This document shows positions 38,197-50,590 of a stretch of DNA of 64,000 nt, one piece after another. Source of the DNA: Camelus dromedarius (lineage: Eukaryota); assembly GCF_036321535.1 (NCBI RefSeq), contig NC_087447.1, forward strand, positions 51,462,001 to 51,526,000, in the 5' to 3' direction. The translations under genes and the position numbers were made by a program. Each line of letters opens with the position of its first letter. The stretch's first letter is position 1. A model generated the notes under the pieces. That model saw only the letters and a program-made list of their open reading frames with translations. It made no database searches and was not told the DNA's origin.

Positions 38197-38718
38197 AAGA
38201 GTGAAGTTTTTATTTCCCCCAGTCCTGTGGAGCTCCTGTAATTAATCCCCACTGGCCTTCAAAGCCAAATGTTCTGGGGTCTCCTCTTCCCAATTTCAAG
38301 CCTCTGGGTTGGGGAACCTGATGTGGAGCTCAGAACTCTCAGTCCTGTGGAAGAACCTCTGTAATATTCTCGTTTGTGGGTCCACCACCCAGGGAGTAAT
38401 GGGATTTGATTATATCATGCGTGTGCCTCTCTTCGTTGTGGATCCTTCTTTATAACTTTAGTTGCAGAAGATTTTTTTGGGTAGGTCTCAGTCTTTCTTA
38501 TCTACGGCTCTTCAGCAGGTTGTTGCAGTTTTGGTGTGCTCATGAGTTGAGGTAAGCTCAAGGTGCTTCTAATCTGCTATCTTGGCCTAACCTCCAAATG
38601 CTCCTTCTTTATAGCCAAGGGGATAGAAATGAGACGTTGTGATGAGGGCTGATTTGGGATTTCAGCTGTGTCATCCTTCCATTCCTGGCTATTGAGCTTC
38701 AGAGAAGGCAAGAGCTGC

Positions 38719-39880
38719 TCAAATTTGGAAACTTTGGAGCCATTATTTCTTACAATATTCCTGGCTCCATTCTTTGTCTAGGATGTCAAATACACTCTGT
38801 TGAGCCTGCTGGGTATTGTTCCATGGACCAATGAGCCACTGATTGTTTTCAGTTCTCCTTCTCCATTTCATTTTAAGATAAAATGCATTGCTGTATCTTC
38901 AAGTTTACTGGTCTGTTCTTCTGCATTGTCCAACCTGCTGTTAATTTTGTTAACTTCTAATTTCAGATACTGCTTTTTTCATTCCTAGAAGTTCCATGTG
39001 GTTCTTTTTTATACCTTTTATTTCTTTACCCATTATGTTCAGATTTTTCTTTAAATACGTTTATTAGTTATAAAAGCTATTTTAGCATCCTTGTCTGCTA
39101 ACTCTATCACCTCTGTCATTTCTTAATCTATTTTTTGGACTGATTTTTCTCCTAGTTATAGGTTACACTGGATATGCTTCTTGGAATGACCAATAATTTC
39201 CACTTAGATGCTGGAAAATATCAAAGTCACACTATTGTTGTTGAGTGTTTGCAATCATTCCATAGAGAGTTCGGCTTCGTTTTGGCAGGTATTTATTTAT
39301 AGATCCACCTGATCCTTCTGAGAACTTTCCTGTCTTTACTACATAACGATTCAAGTGTGTTCTCCACTGCATGCCTTGGGTGCTCCAAAGGACCCTTCAC
39401 TCTGTCAGAGTCAGATGTCTCCTGTGTAAATTTTGGAAATGTTTTGATAGTAATTTCCTGGATGTTCACTGCCTGGCTTTATAGAGTTCTACTTTATACA
39501 CTCATGACCTAGTATTCAGCAAAGACTCAAGGTGCCCCCTATGAAGATCTCTGGAGTTCTTCTGTCTGCATAATTCCTGTCTTTTCAGAAACTGGCCATG
39601 TATCTCCTAGCTACCTAAGCCTCTCCAAAATCCAATCTTTGCCTCCTCAACTGAGTGAGGCTTGCAGGCTCTTACTATGCTCCCTCTCCCTGCTTCTTCA
39701 GGAAGCCACGGTAGTTGTCGAGCTCATATCTTTTATTTCCCCAGTCTCAGGGATCACAGCCCTACTCTGCCTATGGTATAATACCTAATAAAAGATAGTT
39801 CATATACTTTGGTCCAGTTTACTAAGCATTTGTGACAAGGGAGTAAAGACTCCTTATTTCTCCATCACAGCCAGAGGTGA
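38719..39880 (-). mobile_element. Continuation of the old L1 (ORF1/5' region) that hosts the large insertion
   Basis: CAAATTTGGAAACTTTGGAGCCATTATTTCTTACAATATT...TCTTCAAGTTTACTG...CCAACCTGCTGTTAA continues the sequence ending at 29371. Confidence 0.7.
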
Positions 39881-40324
39881 AATTGCTAATTTTTAAAAAT
39901 GAAATGAAAGACATACATATTTGAGCAGAGTATGCGAATGTGAAGAATGAATTATAAATGGATCTACTTTTCACATGTAAAGTATCTAAAAAGAAGTAAC
40001 AGGGATATTACACTTTAAAAAAAAAATTTCCAAAAAAGTAAAACGGAATATTAGATCCTTAGAGCTACGTTAGAGGTTGATGTTATTGTCTCCATTATGA
40101 AGAGGCTCACAAATCAGTAACTTGCCCAGGTCACACAAATACCAAGCGGCAAAGCTAAGTCTAACCCAGCAACACTAAAGATCATGGTTTTTCACTCTAT
40201 ACCACATTGCTTCTCATTACTTGTCACCATAAATAATACATTTTAAGAGAACTAGTTTCCCAAGTTGAATTTATTAAAATCTCTGTGTCTTACTTAGCAA
40301 AAGTTGTTATTAACTACCAATCAT

Positions 40325-40600
40325 AACCTTCAGCAACCACCACCCTGACCAATCAGCAGCCATCAACATCAAGGCAAGACCCTCCCACCAGCAAAAGGAT
40401 TACAACTTGCTGAAGGCTCAGATGATGTTTAGTATTTTTTTAGCAATAAAGTTATATTTTTAAACTAAGGTATGTACATTGGGGGTTTTTTTTGTAGCTA
40501 TTTGCAACTTAATGGACTACAATATAGTATAAACACAACTTTTATATGCACTGGTAAACCAAAAACTTTACATAACTCACTTTGTTGCAGTGGTCTGGGA
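40325..40600 (+). mobile_element. Tigger1 3' fragment
   Basis: CCTTCAGCAACCACCACCCTGACCAATCAGCAGCCATCAACATCAAGGCAAGACCCTCCCACCAGCAAAAGGATTACAACTTGCTGAAGGCTCAGATGAT. Confidence 0.9.
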
Positions 40601-40609
40601 TCCAGTATT

Positions 40610-42090
40610 AGAATAAAATTCAAAGATTTTGTGAAATTTGACATGCCAAATCTAAAAATTCAGGTGAAACTATAAAGGGCTGAAAATAACCAATAGCATT
40701 TCAAAGAAGAACAAGGTGGGAGACCGTGCCTTATCAGACAGAAGCACTTACTTTAAAGCTATAGCAAGTAAAACCACATGATGAAGGATACACCAATGTA
40801 ACAAATAGCCCAGAAAAGACCAACATATATATGGAAACTGGTATACAAGAGACAGCATTACAAATTAGGAAGGGGAAAGAACTCACATATTATACAAAAA
40901 TAAATTCCAGTAAGTTTAAGCCTACAATTTGAAAATCAAAACTTTTAGAAGAAAATACAGATGAAAATCCTATGCCTCAAAATCATAAAGAGAATGGTTT
41001 CTTAAATGAGATATGAAAAGTGTAAATGTGAAAAAAAAACTGACAGTTATACTACACTAAAATTTTAAAGTTTGGATTAACAAGATACTATAAAAACAGT
41101 AAAAAAAAAAAAAAAGAAGGTAAGCAGCATTAAGATACTTAAATTGCAAATAAAAGACAAAGGACTGACATCTAAAATATATACAAACTTGCTACAAATC
41201 AATAAAAACAACAAAGAGAAATGGGGAAATGCTATACAAAGGTAATTCACAGAAGGGAAAACTAAATGGCCATAAACATTAAAAAATGCTCAACCTTATC
41301 AGAGCAATAATGAGAAACTAATTCCCAAGCACATTATCAAAAACTTGAAAAGTCTGACAATGCCAGGTTTTGATTATCTGGATAAATGGGAACCCTCATA
41401 TACTTCTAGTAGTGTAAAAATTGATAGAGCTAATCTGGAAAGCAATTGGGCTACATAGCAAAGCTAAAAGAAAGGCAATGGATGTTCCCTATCCACGGAT
41501 GTGGAATCTGCAGATATAGCAGGTGGACTGCATGCACTAAGACATTTCATTTAATGGACCTGAGCATCCTTGGATTTTGGTATCCAAGGGGGTCCTGGAA
41601 ACAATTTCCCTCTGATACCAAGGGATGATTTCAGCCCAGCAATTCCACCACTAAGCAAAGCTGCTAGAATGTTCATTACAGCATTACACTTAATAACACA
41701 AAAACAAACCTCAATATCCACCAATTTAAAAAAATAAATTACAGTATTTTCATGTAATAGGATATTATACAACAGTTAAAGCAAATAAAACAGCAATGCA
41801 TCAACATGGATATTATTCCAAAAACAGTGTGGGGGGAAGGAAGTTGTAGAGGAATACATACAGTGTTACATTGTTTACATATAAAGCTTTAAAGCATGTA
41901 AACCCACACCATGTATTGTTTATGGGTACATAAATATATACTCTTAGTATAAAAGTGTTCATGGGAACAACAAACTCCAAAATTCAGGACAGTGGTTGCC
42001 TATGAGAATGGAGGAAAGACAGTAAGAACAGAAGTAATATACAGAGGGCTTCAAATAAATTTGTAATTTTAATGTCTTAAAAAGTAAAGC
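40610..42090 (+). mobile_element. Highly decayed L1ME-like ORF2/3' UTR with a TcMar-Tigger insert (about 41480-41630)
   Basis: AAGCTATAGCAAGTAAAAC, ATGCTCAACCTTATC, CAGCAATTCCAC (L1). TGAGCATCCTTGGATTTTGGTATCC...GGTCCTGGAAACAAT (Tigger3-like). Confidence 0.65.
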
Positions 42091-42109
42091 AAAAGCAAGG
42101 AAATTAAAA

Positions 42110-42480
42110 TAAAAAGCACATCCTAGAAAATTTCAGATCTCTAGGGATTAAGAAAAAAAAATCATAAAAATCTTTCAGGAAGGAAAAGAAACTCACTTAC
42201 AAAGGAACAAGAATCAGACTGACAGATTTCTCATCAGCAACAGTGGATGCTAGAAGATAAAAGAGCAATATTGTCAAAGTTCTGGGGGGAAATTATTTTA
42301 ACACTGGAATTCTGTATTCAATTTAACTGGGCAGTCAGAACAGAGGACAAAATAAACATATTTTTAGACATGCAAAAACTCAAAGTTCACTACTTAGAGA
42401 CCCTGTTTGAAAAAGAGTATACCAGAGCAAAAGAACAAATCTAACAGGAAAAATATGGGAATCAAAAACAGTGGTGAGTG
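42110..42480 (+). mobile_element. HAL1 / old L1 ORF1-like fragment
   Basis: ACAAAGGAACAAGAATCAGACTGACAGATTTCTCATCAGCAACAGTGGATGCTAGAAGA...TTCTGGGGGGAAATTATTTT. Confidence 0.6.
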
Positions 42481-44634
42481 AATAAACAACTAAAACATAT
42501 AGTTTAATTTAAATAATTGTGGAGAAACATAAAAGTAAATGAATGACAATACGGAACTAAAATAAAATCCCAGGTAATTAAAACATGGTAGGCTGGGTGT
42601 GGGACTTCTCAGTCAGGGAGGAAGCCTGTTAAGATTCTTATATTGCCTGAGTATGTTATAGTCATTAAAGCAATTTACTATGCTCTAGAATCAACCTTAG
42701 AGAAAATGCAAAAAATCTCCCAATATTAATTTCCTAATAGATATAATTATTTACATTATTGATAATTTTGCTTAAGAATTATATATAATTTCCTCAAGCG
42801 GTTAACATTTTGTTTTTCAAGATGGAGCGATCCTGCACTAAGTAAATGGCCTGAGACCAGACTTTAATTATAACTCAAGTAATAATACAGGGTTAGTTAC
42901 CACATGGTGTCTAATAGCACGTGTAATAGTTGGAGAGTCACTCCTAATATGGCATTCTACTCAAAAGCTCTGTCAAACAATCTTTCAAGATTAATCAAGA
43001 ATTACTTATCAACTATCAACCCACACAAATGACATACAGTTACTTATGTACTTCTCATCTGTATAATGGACTTAATCCACACTACATATTTAATATATCT
43101 ATTTATTTAGAGTGGTATTTCAATTTGAAGTTCCATCTGTTTCTTTGCAGGGAGGGGAGAACAGAAAAACTGTCTAACAACTATCAAATCTTTACCTAGC
43201 AGAACATAGCATAAAATTACAACAAATGGTTTTTCCAAAAGAAAATTACAGACTATCTCAGTTAAACAAAGCTTTACTTATAAGAGAATACAACTGGGCA
43301 CCAGTGCCAAGATAGTTTTAACTATACGATATGAGGCTGGTTGACTCTGACAATGTGGACTGCATACAAGGACAATGGACCTTAAAGTTACGTGTGGATT
43401 TTGTACTGCACCGAGGATGGGCATCCCTAATGCCCCTTCTGTTCAAGGGTCAACTGTACATATCTGTACAAGCAATACCCAAAATGAAAAAGAGTTATAC
43501 CCTGACAGATCTCTAGCAAGCAAAGAAAAGAAAAACTAAAAACACATCAAAATAGTTATTATTACTAATTTGAAATATATGACATTTATTCATTCAACTA
43601 ACACTTTTAGCACTTAGTACAAGAAACAAAGTAAATAAAGCAAAATAAATTTCTTGTGGAAGCTACAGTCAGTCATGTCATGCTGCCTTTATTTCATTTT
43701 TTTTTCTTTTTTTACTTTAAAGAAAAAAAAAAAAAACCTTCTCAGAAGTTTATAACTCTTGTGTCCCAATCTAACTTTCTCACATGGTCTGAAATTCCTC
43801 AACCACAAATCTTTTAGAAACCTAATGCCTAAAGGTAGGTTGTAATTTCCTAGACACACTTTATTATTTCATGCTTCTGTGCTTTTTCTCATGCTGTTCT
43901 CTACCTGGAATGCTTTTCCATCTTCTATTCAACCATCTAAATTTCCATAATGACGATAGTGATGCTATGATATTCCCTGGGAATAGTTAGGTACTTGTTC
44001 TTTCATATTCCCAAAGCACCCTCTCTCTTACAGCAATTATGCTTCTATATATATGTAATTGTTTGCATTAATAGATTCATGCAAGCATGACCATGAAAAC
44101 ATGACAAAAATACGTGCTGTCTACAAGAGATATACTTTAGAACCAAAGATACAAGGAGGTTAAAAGGATGTAAAAAGACATACTGTGCAAAACAGTAACC
44201 AAAAGACAACTAGAGAGGCAATATTAGTATCAGACAAAATAGACTTTAAGACAAAAGTTGAAGAAAAGTACCAGGTCAAACAGGTGAGGACAGACATTCC
44301 TGGTTACACATTAGAATCACTGATGCTAGGACCCCAATCCCCAAAGATTCTGATTTTACTGGCTTCTGGCAGGGCCAAGGCATCAGTATTTTTCAAAAGG
44401 ATTCTCCAGGTGATCCTAACGTGCAGTCAGAAATAATTAACTAAATCACTAGATTATAATAAAGGTTGAAAACCACTGAGCTGGAAGTGAAAAAAGTAAG
44501 ATCACTTTTTTAATTAGGGTAAATGGAAATTTTAACAGTAGGGAAACCCACCCTGGAGGATTCTGATGACACACTGCACAAAGCTTTACAGCTATAAGAA
44601 GCAGACCCTTTTTTAAGATTAAAGAAGAGAATTG

Positions 44635-44851
44635 CAGATGACCCTTAAACAATATAGGGGCTAGGGGCATCCATCCTCCACACAGTCAAAAATTCAAGTG
44701 TAAATTATAGTGAACCCTCCATATCCATGATTCTTCCATATTTGCAGTTCTGTACCCACAGATTCATCCAGCACTGGATCATGTAGTACTGTATAGTATT
44801 TACTATTGAAAAAAATCACTGTATAAGTTCATGTTGCTCAAGAGTGAACTG
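44635..44851 (+). mobile_element. MER8-like TcMar-Tigger MITE
   Basis: CAGATGACCCTTAAACAA ... TTGCTCAAGAGTGAACTG terminal inverted repeats, followed by TA. Confidence 0.75.
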
Positions 44852-45159
44852 TATTTCTAAGGTTAAGGAAGACTAGGGTTGTCCCAAGCAAAGATGAATA
44901 GGTAACAACGAAGTTCAAGGCATTCAACTGTATCTAAAAACTTCTATTTATTTACTGTTAATAAATGTCACTATCCCATTAAAGTATTATACCTTTTATA
45001 TCATAATGTTCATACTAATGAATTGGAAACTTTTAAAAGTAAAAAAGTATAAATGAGTAGAAAAGCATGCTATCATCTGACTCAGAGGCCTAAGTGTGAA
45101 CACTCAGACCAAGACCACAACACTGAGGATCACATTACAATCATAAGATCATATCTGAG

Positions 45160-45445
45160 GAGACAGTACAGTGGTTAAAAACTAGGGCTGTGAAGCAAGA
45201 TTTACCCAGTTTTAAATTCCCACAGCATTATAATCATCTTTGTACCAAATTTCCCCCCGACTCTTTAATGCTGTGTGACTTCAGGCAAGTTACTTTACTG
45301 CTTTTAAGACTCAGTTTCTTTATCTATAAAAGTAAAAAATAGTAACAGCAATATAGAGTGGTTGTAAGGGTTAAATAAAGTAATCTTGCTAGAAGACTTT
45401 AGTATAGTGCCTGACTCAACAGTAAAGTTCTAATAACTATAACAT
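45160..45445 (+). mobile_element. MIR SINE
   Basis: GTGGTTAAAA...GCTGTGTGACTTCAGGCAAGTTACTT...CTCAGTTTCTTTATCTATAAAA...TAGTGCCTGACTC. Confidence 0.75.
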
Positions 45446-46761
45446 TAGATTAAAGGCATTTTACTTGTAAAATTATGAAAAAGCATACATACTCCAAAGC
45501 TCCTCATTTCTGCATTTTTACAATTTAGTTTTGTTTCTATATAAGACAAGAATGGAGTAATTAAGGTTGAAAAGGGAGGTCCAAAATATAGGGAAATAGG
45601 AAAGAAAAAGAATGAGACATAGTTATCACGATGACTCACACTAGGTAAGTGTAGAAGAGAAAATAGAGTATAAAATGAAAAGGCCATGAAGGCAAAGAAA
45701 AAGGACAAACCAGCTGATCACAGTCAAAATTTATAGGACAAAAAAAAAATCCTCCAAAATGAATATTATAGAATGTCTGGATTCAGGTGCCAGCCCAAGT
45801 TAGCATTAATGGAGATGGCTCCTTTAAGGTTAAAGTAAAGCTTAGCAAGCAAGACTTGAGCTGGAATATAAACTAAGCTCCATTATATTTCTGATCAGAC
45901 AAAGTCCTTCGGTGTGTTACAATATCCCCAAACTCCAAGCACCAAAACTAAGTTACAATTTGGAAGAACTCACTCTAATTTTATTTTTCCCTAAAAGACT
46001 TTATAATGTTTAAATATTGAGGAAATGGCAAATTATGTTTATTTGCAAATCCAACTGTGAGGATGCTTGGGGCAAAAGCAACAGGAAAAATATAAAAATA
46101 AATTCCCTAAAATATCGAGCATTTCAAGTGTCAAAGCTTTATAGCCAATACTCTAATTTCTCTGTAAAACACTGACTGATTCTCAGATACGTAAACCGCC
46201 CACTACTAAGTATGCTGTTCTCTAGTAGGTTCTCCTCAACCCTCTGTTCTCCCTGAGTAACTCAAGCATATCTTTTAATTTCTACCTTCAATCAATACAT
46301 CCTTTCCCATCTAAGTGCATGGCATCACCGTTCATCTAACCTTATTCTCACCGAGTCCCTCCAAATCATCTTAAATCAACCCACTTGGGTGAGACTTTAA
46401 GGCCAGTGTAACAGTAATATTACAATTCTTACCCTTACTGCCAATCAGTATGTTACTCAGCCCCCATCCCAGTCTTGCCTTATGACAGGCAGAGGAAGCC
46501 ACCGCTGTCTTTGAGTGAATGAATTTGATTCAATGTAATGTCTTCATCTCCCTGTTATCAGAAAAGCTTTTAGATTCACTTAACCTAAGAAAGAAGAGTA
46601 GTAAAACAGGTGTGTGTAAAATTATATAAATATTGAGAAAACTACTGCTCTATTATTTTCATTCACAGGACAGTCTAGGTACTTGATTAGTATCATTCTG
46701 GCTCTAAAAGCATTCTCAAACACAAAGATAATCATTTGATAGTTATCTTTCTTCACTAGAA

Positions 46762-46984
46762 TAGGGATGAACAAATTCTTTTTTTCTGTAAAGGCCAGAT
46801 AGTAAATATTTTAGGTTCTGTAGGCTATACTTCTTCGTCACAATCAGTCAACTCTGCCATGTTAGTGTTAAAGCAACCACAGACAATACGTAAACATGGC
46901 ATGGCCATGTGCCAATAAAACTTTGTTGACAAAAACAGCCAATGGGCCAGATTTGGCCTACAGGCTGTACTTTGCCCTTCCCTG
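46762..46984 (+). mobile_element. MER58A hAT MITE
   Basis: TTTTTCTGTAAAGGCCAGATAGTAAATATTTTAGG...GTGCCAATAAAACTTT...GGGCCAGATTTGGCC...CCCTG. Degenerate 8-bp TSD CACTAGAA/CATTAGAC. Confidence 0.85.
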
Positions 46985-47849
46985 CATTAGACTACCACAG
47001 ACTAGGATTTAACCTCCAATTATATGCATTTATTTTAAATACAATATTATATCTAATTAAAAGGGACACAAAATCTGTTTAATTCAAGTGCTAGCACTAA
47101 CCAACATACCATTCATTTCCCAACTACCAAAGGAAACAGAGTCATTCTTATATAGTGTGCAAATGTTTATTTAATAGCTTATTTTATATAAGACTTAAAT
47201 CTAAAAGGAAGTTTTAGAACAGAACATGGTCCTATAATAAACTGAGGAAAAACTACTCATCTCATAAACATTAATCCCTGCCCTCCAGGAGCTTACAGTA
47301 TCATAGGTTAGACAGTAAGTACAAAAAGTGCTCTGAGTACTGTGATATAAAAACTACATATGGCATGTGTGGGTAAGAAGGCAGAAATGGTTCATTTGAC
47401 TTGAGAGACAGAGGAAGCAGGAAATTTTTCACATAAGCACTTGATGCTTAAAGAGCAGATAAATGATGCGCAGGAGTACAGCGAGCAAGCAAGAGAAGGA
47501 AGATGGTAAAAGAATATTCAACTCAGGCAGGAGGATGAAGCAAAGGCACAAAGATGTGAAAAAAACTTTCATTCCTTCAGAGATGTGCAAACAGTTCAGC
47601 TTGACTAAAATAGAGTAGCAATGACAATAGAAAAGTGAGGTTAAATATAAAACTGGATAAAGAAACAGACTCAAGACATGGAACAAAGTAGAAAGTATGT
47701 CAGAGGTTGAGGTCTAGGATGGCTCCTTGGTGTCTGCTCTGGGTGACTTGGGTGGATGACGGTAATATTCATCATGAGAGGCAATTCAAGATTAAAAATA
47801 AATAAAGTGGCAACTTAAATTTTCTTTTATAGAGCCTCTTAGAAAGCTA

Positions 47850-48140
47850 CCTTTTGAGACATAACTGACATATAACATACTCATTTCAGGTGGACATGAT
47901 TCATATTTGTATATATTGTGAAATGATCACCACAGTAAGTCTAGTTAACATCCAACACCACATATAGTTATAAATTTTTTTCTTTCATTAAGAACTTTTG
48001 AGATTTACTCTTAGCAACTTTCAAATATATAATATAGTATTATTAACTACAGTCACCATGCTGTACATTATATTCCCATGATTTATTTATTTTATAACTG
48101 GAAGTATATACCTTTTGACCACCTTCACCCATTTCATTTC
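47850..48140 (-). mobile_element. L1 3' UTR fragment
   Basis: GAAATGATCACCACAGTAAGTCTAGTTAACATCC...CTTAGCAACTTTCAAATATATAATATAGTATTATTAACT...CTTTTGACCACCTTCACCCATTT. Confidence 0.85.
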
Positions 48141-50397
48141 TTGGTAGACTACTTTATATAATTTTTTTGGTGTGATTACCAAAGAAATACACAATTAGTA
48201 TAGAAGACAAAATGTGAAAAAATATAAGAAAAATCAAAGGAAAAAAACCCCTGTAATCATACCATCCAGAAAATGATTAAGATAAACTTGTACAAATAAA
48301 GGGCAAAAAGGCAAACAGATGGGATAAATACAAAACTAAACAAATTATAAAACAAAGCTCACTAAAATATACATCATTACAGAGTATACAGTAAACTTGT
48401 CCATATAATAACATTAAAAAAAAAATCATTGTTTCATTGTCTATCTTTGCTGGTAAGCTGTGAGCTCAGAAGGGGCAGGACTTTATCTACCTTGCTCCTT
48501 AATATGTCTCCAAAGTATAAGTGTACCTGGCACACAGTAGGTAGTCACTTAACATCTGAAAGAACAAATTTGTTTTAATGAAGCCCTGGATTGCTCTATC
48601 AAACAGTATCTGATCCTCTAAAAACTCTAACATGAAAAGAAAATAGAAAACACTCTAATAGCCTTTGCAATGGGATCTACCATACAGTAAAAAAAAAACA
48701 AAAAAAAACAAAAAAAAAACACTCAGGCATAATATATTAAAACTATATCCATCAGGCAGAAAGCCAAAGAAATTTTCTTGAATCCAAAAACACACATACT
48801 TTTCTTAAACACATGATTCAGGTTAAAATGTACTGAATCTGAATTGTTCTTACTTTGCCACACTGCATGAGGCTGTACATCACACCATAAAATTGTCATA
48901 GATAAATTTAGTCTATTAATTTACAAACTAGAATTCACAGAACATTAGTTCCACTTGAAAAAAATCACGGCGGAAAAAAAATAAGTCTTTGAATGGTAGT
49001 AGTAACTCAAGCTCAGCTTTGCTACTTCTTACTAGATTAGAAAATCCTTAAAAGAAGGGCCCATGTTTAATTTGTTTTTAAAAAGAATCTCCACAATGTT
49101 TACTGTACTTAGCATATAACAAATATTCAATATACATATTAACTAAATTAAGTAGCTAATAAGTGCTTGCCTTCCTTTCTAGCTGAGAACTTCACAACAT
49201 AGATAAATTTTAAGGCAAACTTAGTAATTAAAAAACAAGAAAGTCAGTTATCATAAACAGGCCCAATTTAGCCAGAGAACTCCTTCTGTCCCTATTATCT
49301 CCAGTCCTGGGATGATGCCAGCAACCTCCCTCCAAGCCTCCATAAATTTTGGTTACCTCAACTCTATGATATACCAAAAATGATGGAGAAGAAGTACCTT
49401 TCTCTTTCTCCCTCAAACAGATGTCTAAGGAATATTTCTTTTTTCAAAGGTGGAAGAGCCAAAACTGGACATATTCGACCAAATGAGGCTCTGGTTCCAG
49501 CAATGCTACCACCAACAGTCTACCGCTGTAGACCCCAAGCAACTCCTGGCACACAGAGCTGGTAAGATCTTCAGCTCAAAGCAACTGAAGGTAATGTCAC
49601 CATTCTACTTTATGAATGCACCTAAAAACTACCGTCACACAATTCAATTAGCATCAGTAGGAGAGAGCATATTAAGTCACAGTCATTACTCCAGTTAAAA
49701 ATAAAAGGCATATCCTTTTATATTTGACATTTTGACTATAAGAGTTAAATTTCAAATTATTAAAAAATGAAAAAAAACAAACCAAAAACTGCTCTAAAAA
49801 TTTAAAATTAAAAAAAGAAACCAAAAAATACCCTAATGATTCAACTTATTTAATACTATATAATAACTCAGTCAACCATTATCTACACACCTCAACAGAC
49901 TGTTCTTAAATTTATGTAACTTCTCAATCAATACCCACACAAAAACTATCCTTAAAGAATGAAAAAGGAAATTTCCCACTTGAAACATTATGTTCTCTAT
50001 AAGAGAGGGGAGATACCTGGGAGCCTTGGATGTTAGTTATCTACAAAGGCAATGTCCACTTTCATTTATATTCATACCTCCTGATCATCCACCTCCTGTC
50101 AAGAGGAAGCTGGAAAGTCCATACAGAGCACAGAACTAGGAGGGCTACAGTAGACGTTGAGGGAGCGGGGATAAAATGACACCTTTAGTTGGCACGTCTT
50201 TTCCTATTCAGAATAATCCTTTTCCACTAGCCTCCAAACTTGATGATGACAAAGACTTTATCCCCAGAGCAGAAGAGCTCAATATTATACCTGTGCTTAA
50301 ATCCCTTTCTCACTACATGCTAAAAATTTAACAATTTAATTTTAAATGCACTTGTGTGTCTTCTAGCTAATAAGCATCTTTAATAAAATTTCTAATA

Positions 50398-50590
50398 CAA
50401 GAATATAGCCATATTCAATATCTTGTAGTAATAAATGGTGAAGAATATGAGAATGAATTTATGTATGTTCCTATTTGACTGAAGTATTGTGCTGTACACC
50501 AGAAATTGACACAACACTGTAAACCGACTGTATTTCAATAAAAATATATTTAAAAAAAATCAAATAAAGTTAACTTCAGACCAAAAAAAA
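50398..50590 (+). mobile_element. Lineage-specific L1 3' tail
   Basis: ATTCAATATCTTGTAGTAA...GTGCTGTACACCAGAAATTGACACAACACTGTAAAC...TTCAATAAAAA. Confidence 0.8.

Larger units (their letters stand above)
29372..38718 (-). mobile_element. Full-span cetartiodactyl L1 (5' UTR, ORF1, ORF2, 3' tail; non-coding now) with nested insertions and an extra 5' segment
   Basis: ORF2 start MTVRTSILIITLAVNALNAPTKRH at 33022 and many ORF2 peptides in the ORF track (29509-33061). 5' end GGAGGTTAGGCCAAGATAGCAG at about 38595. 17-bp TSD TCAAATT(A/T)GGAAACTTT at 29355-29371 and 38719-38735. Confidence 0.9.
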
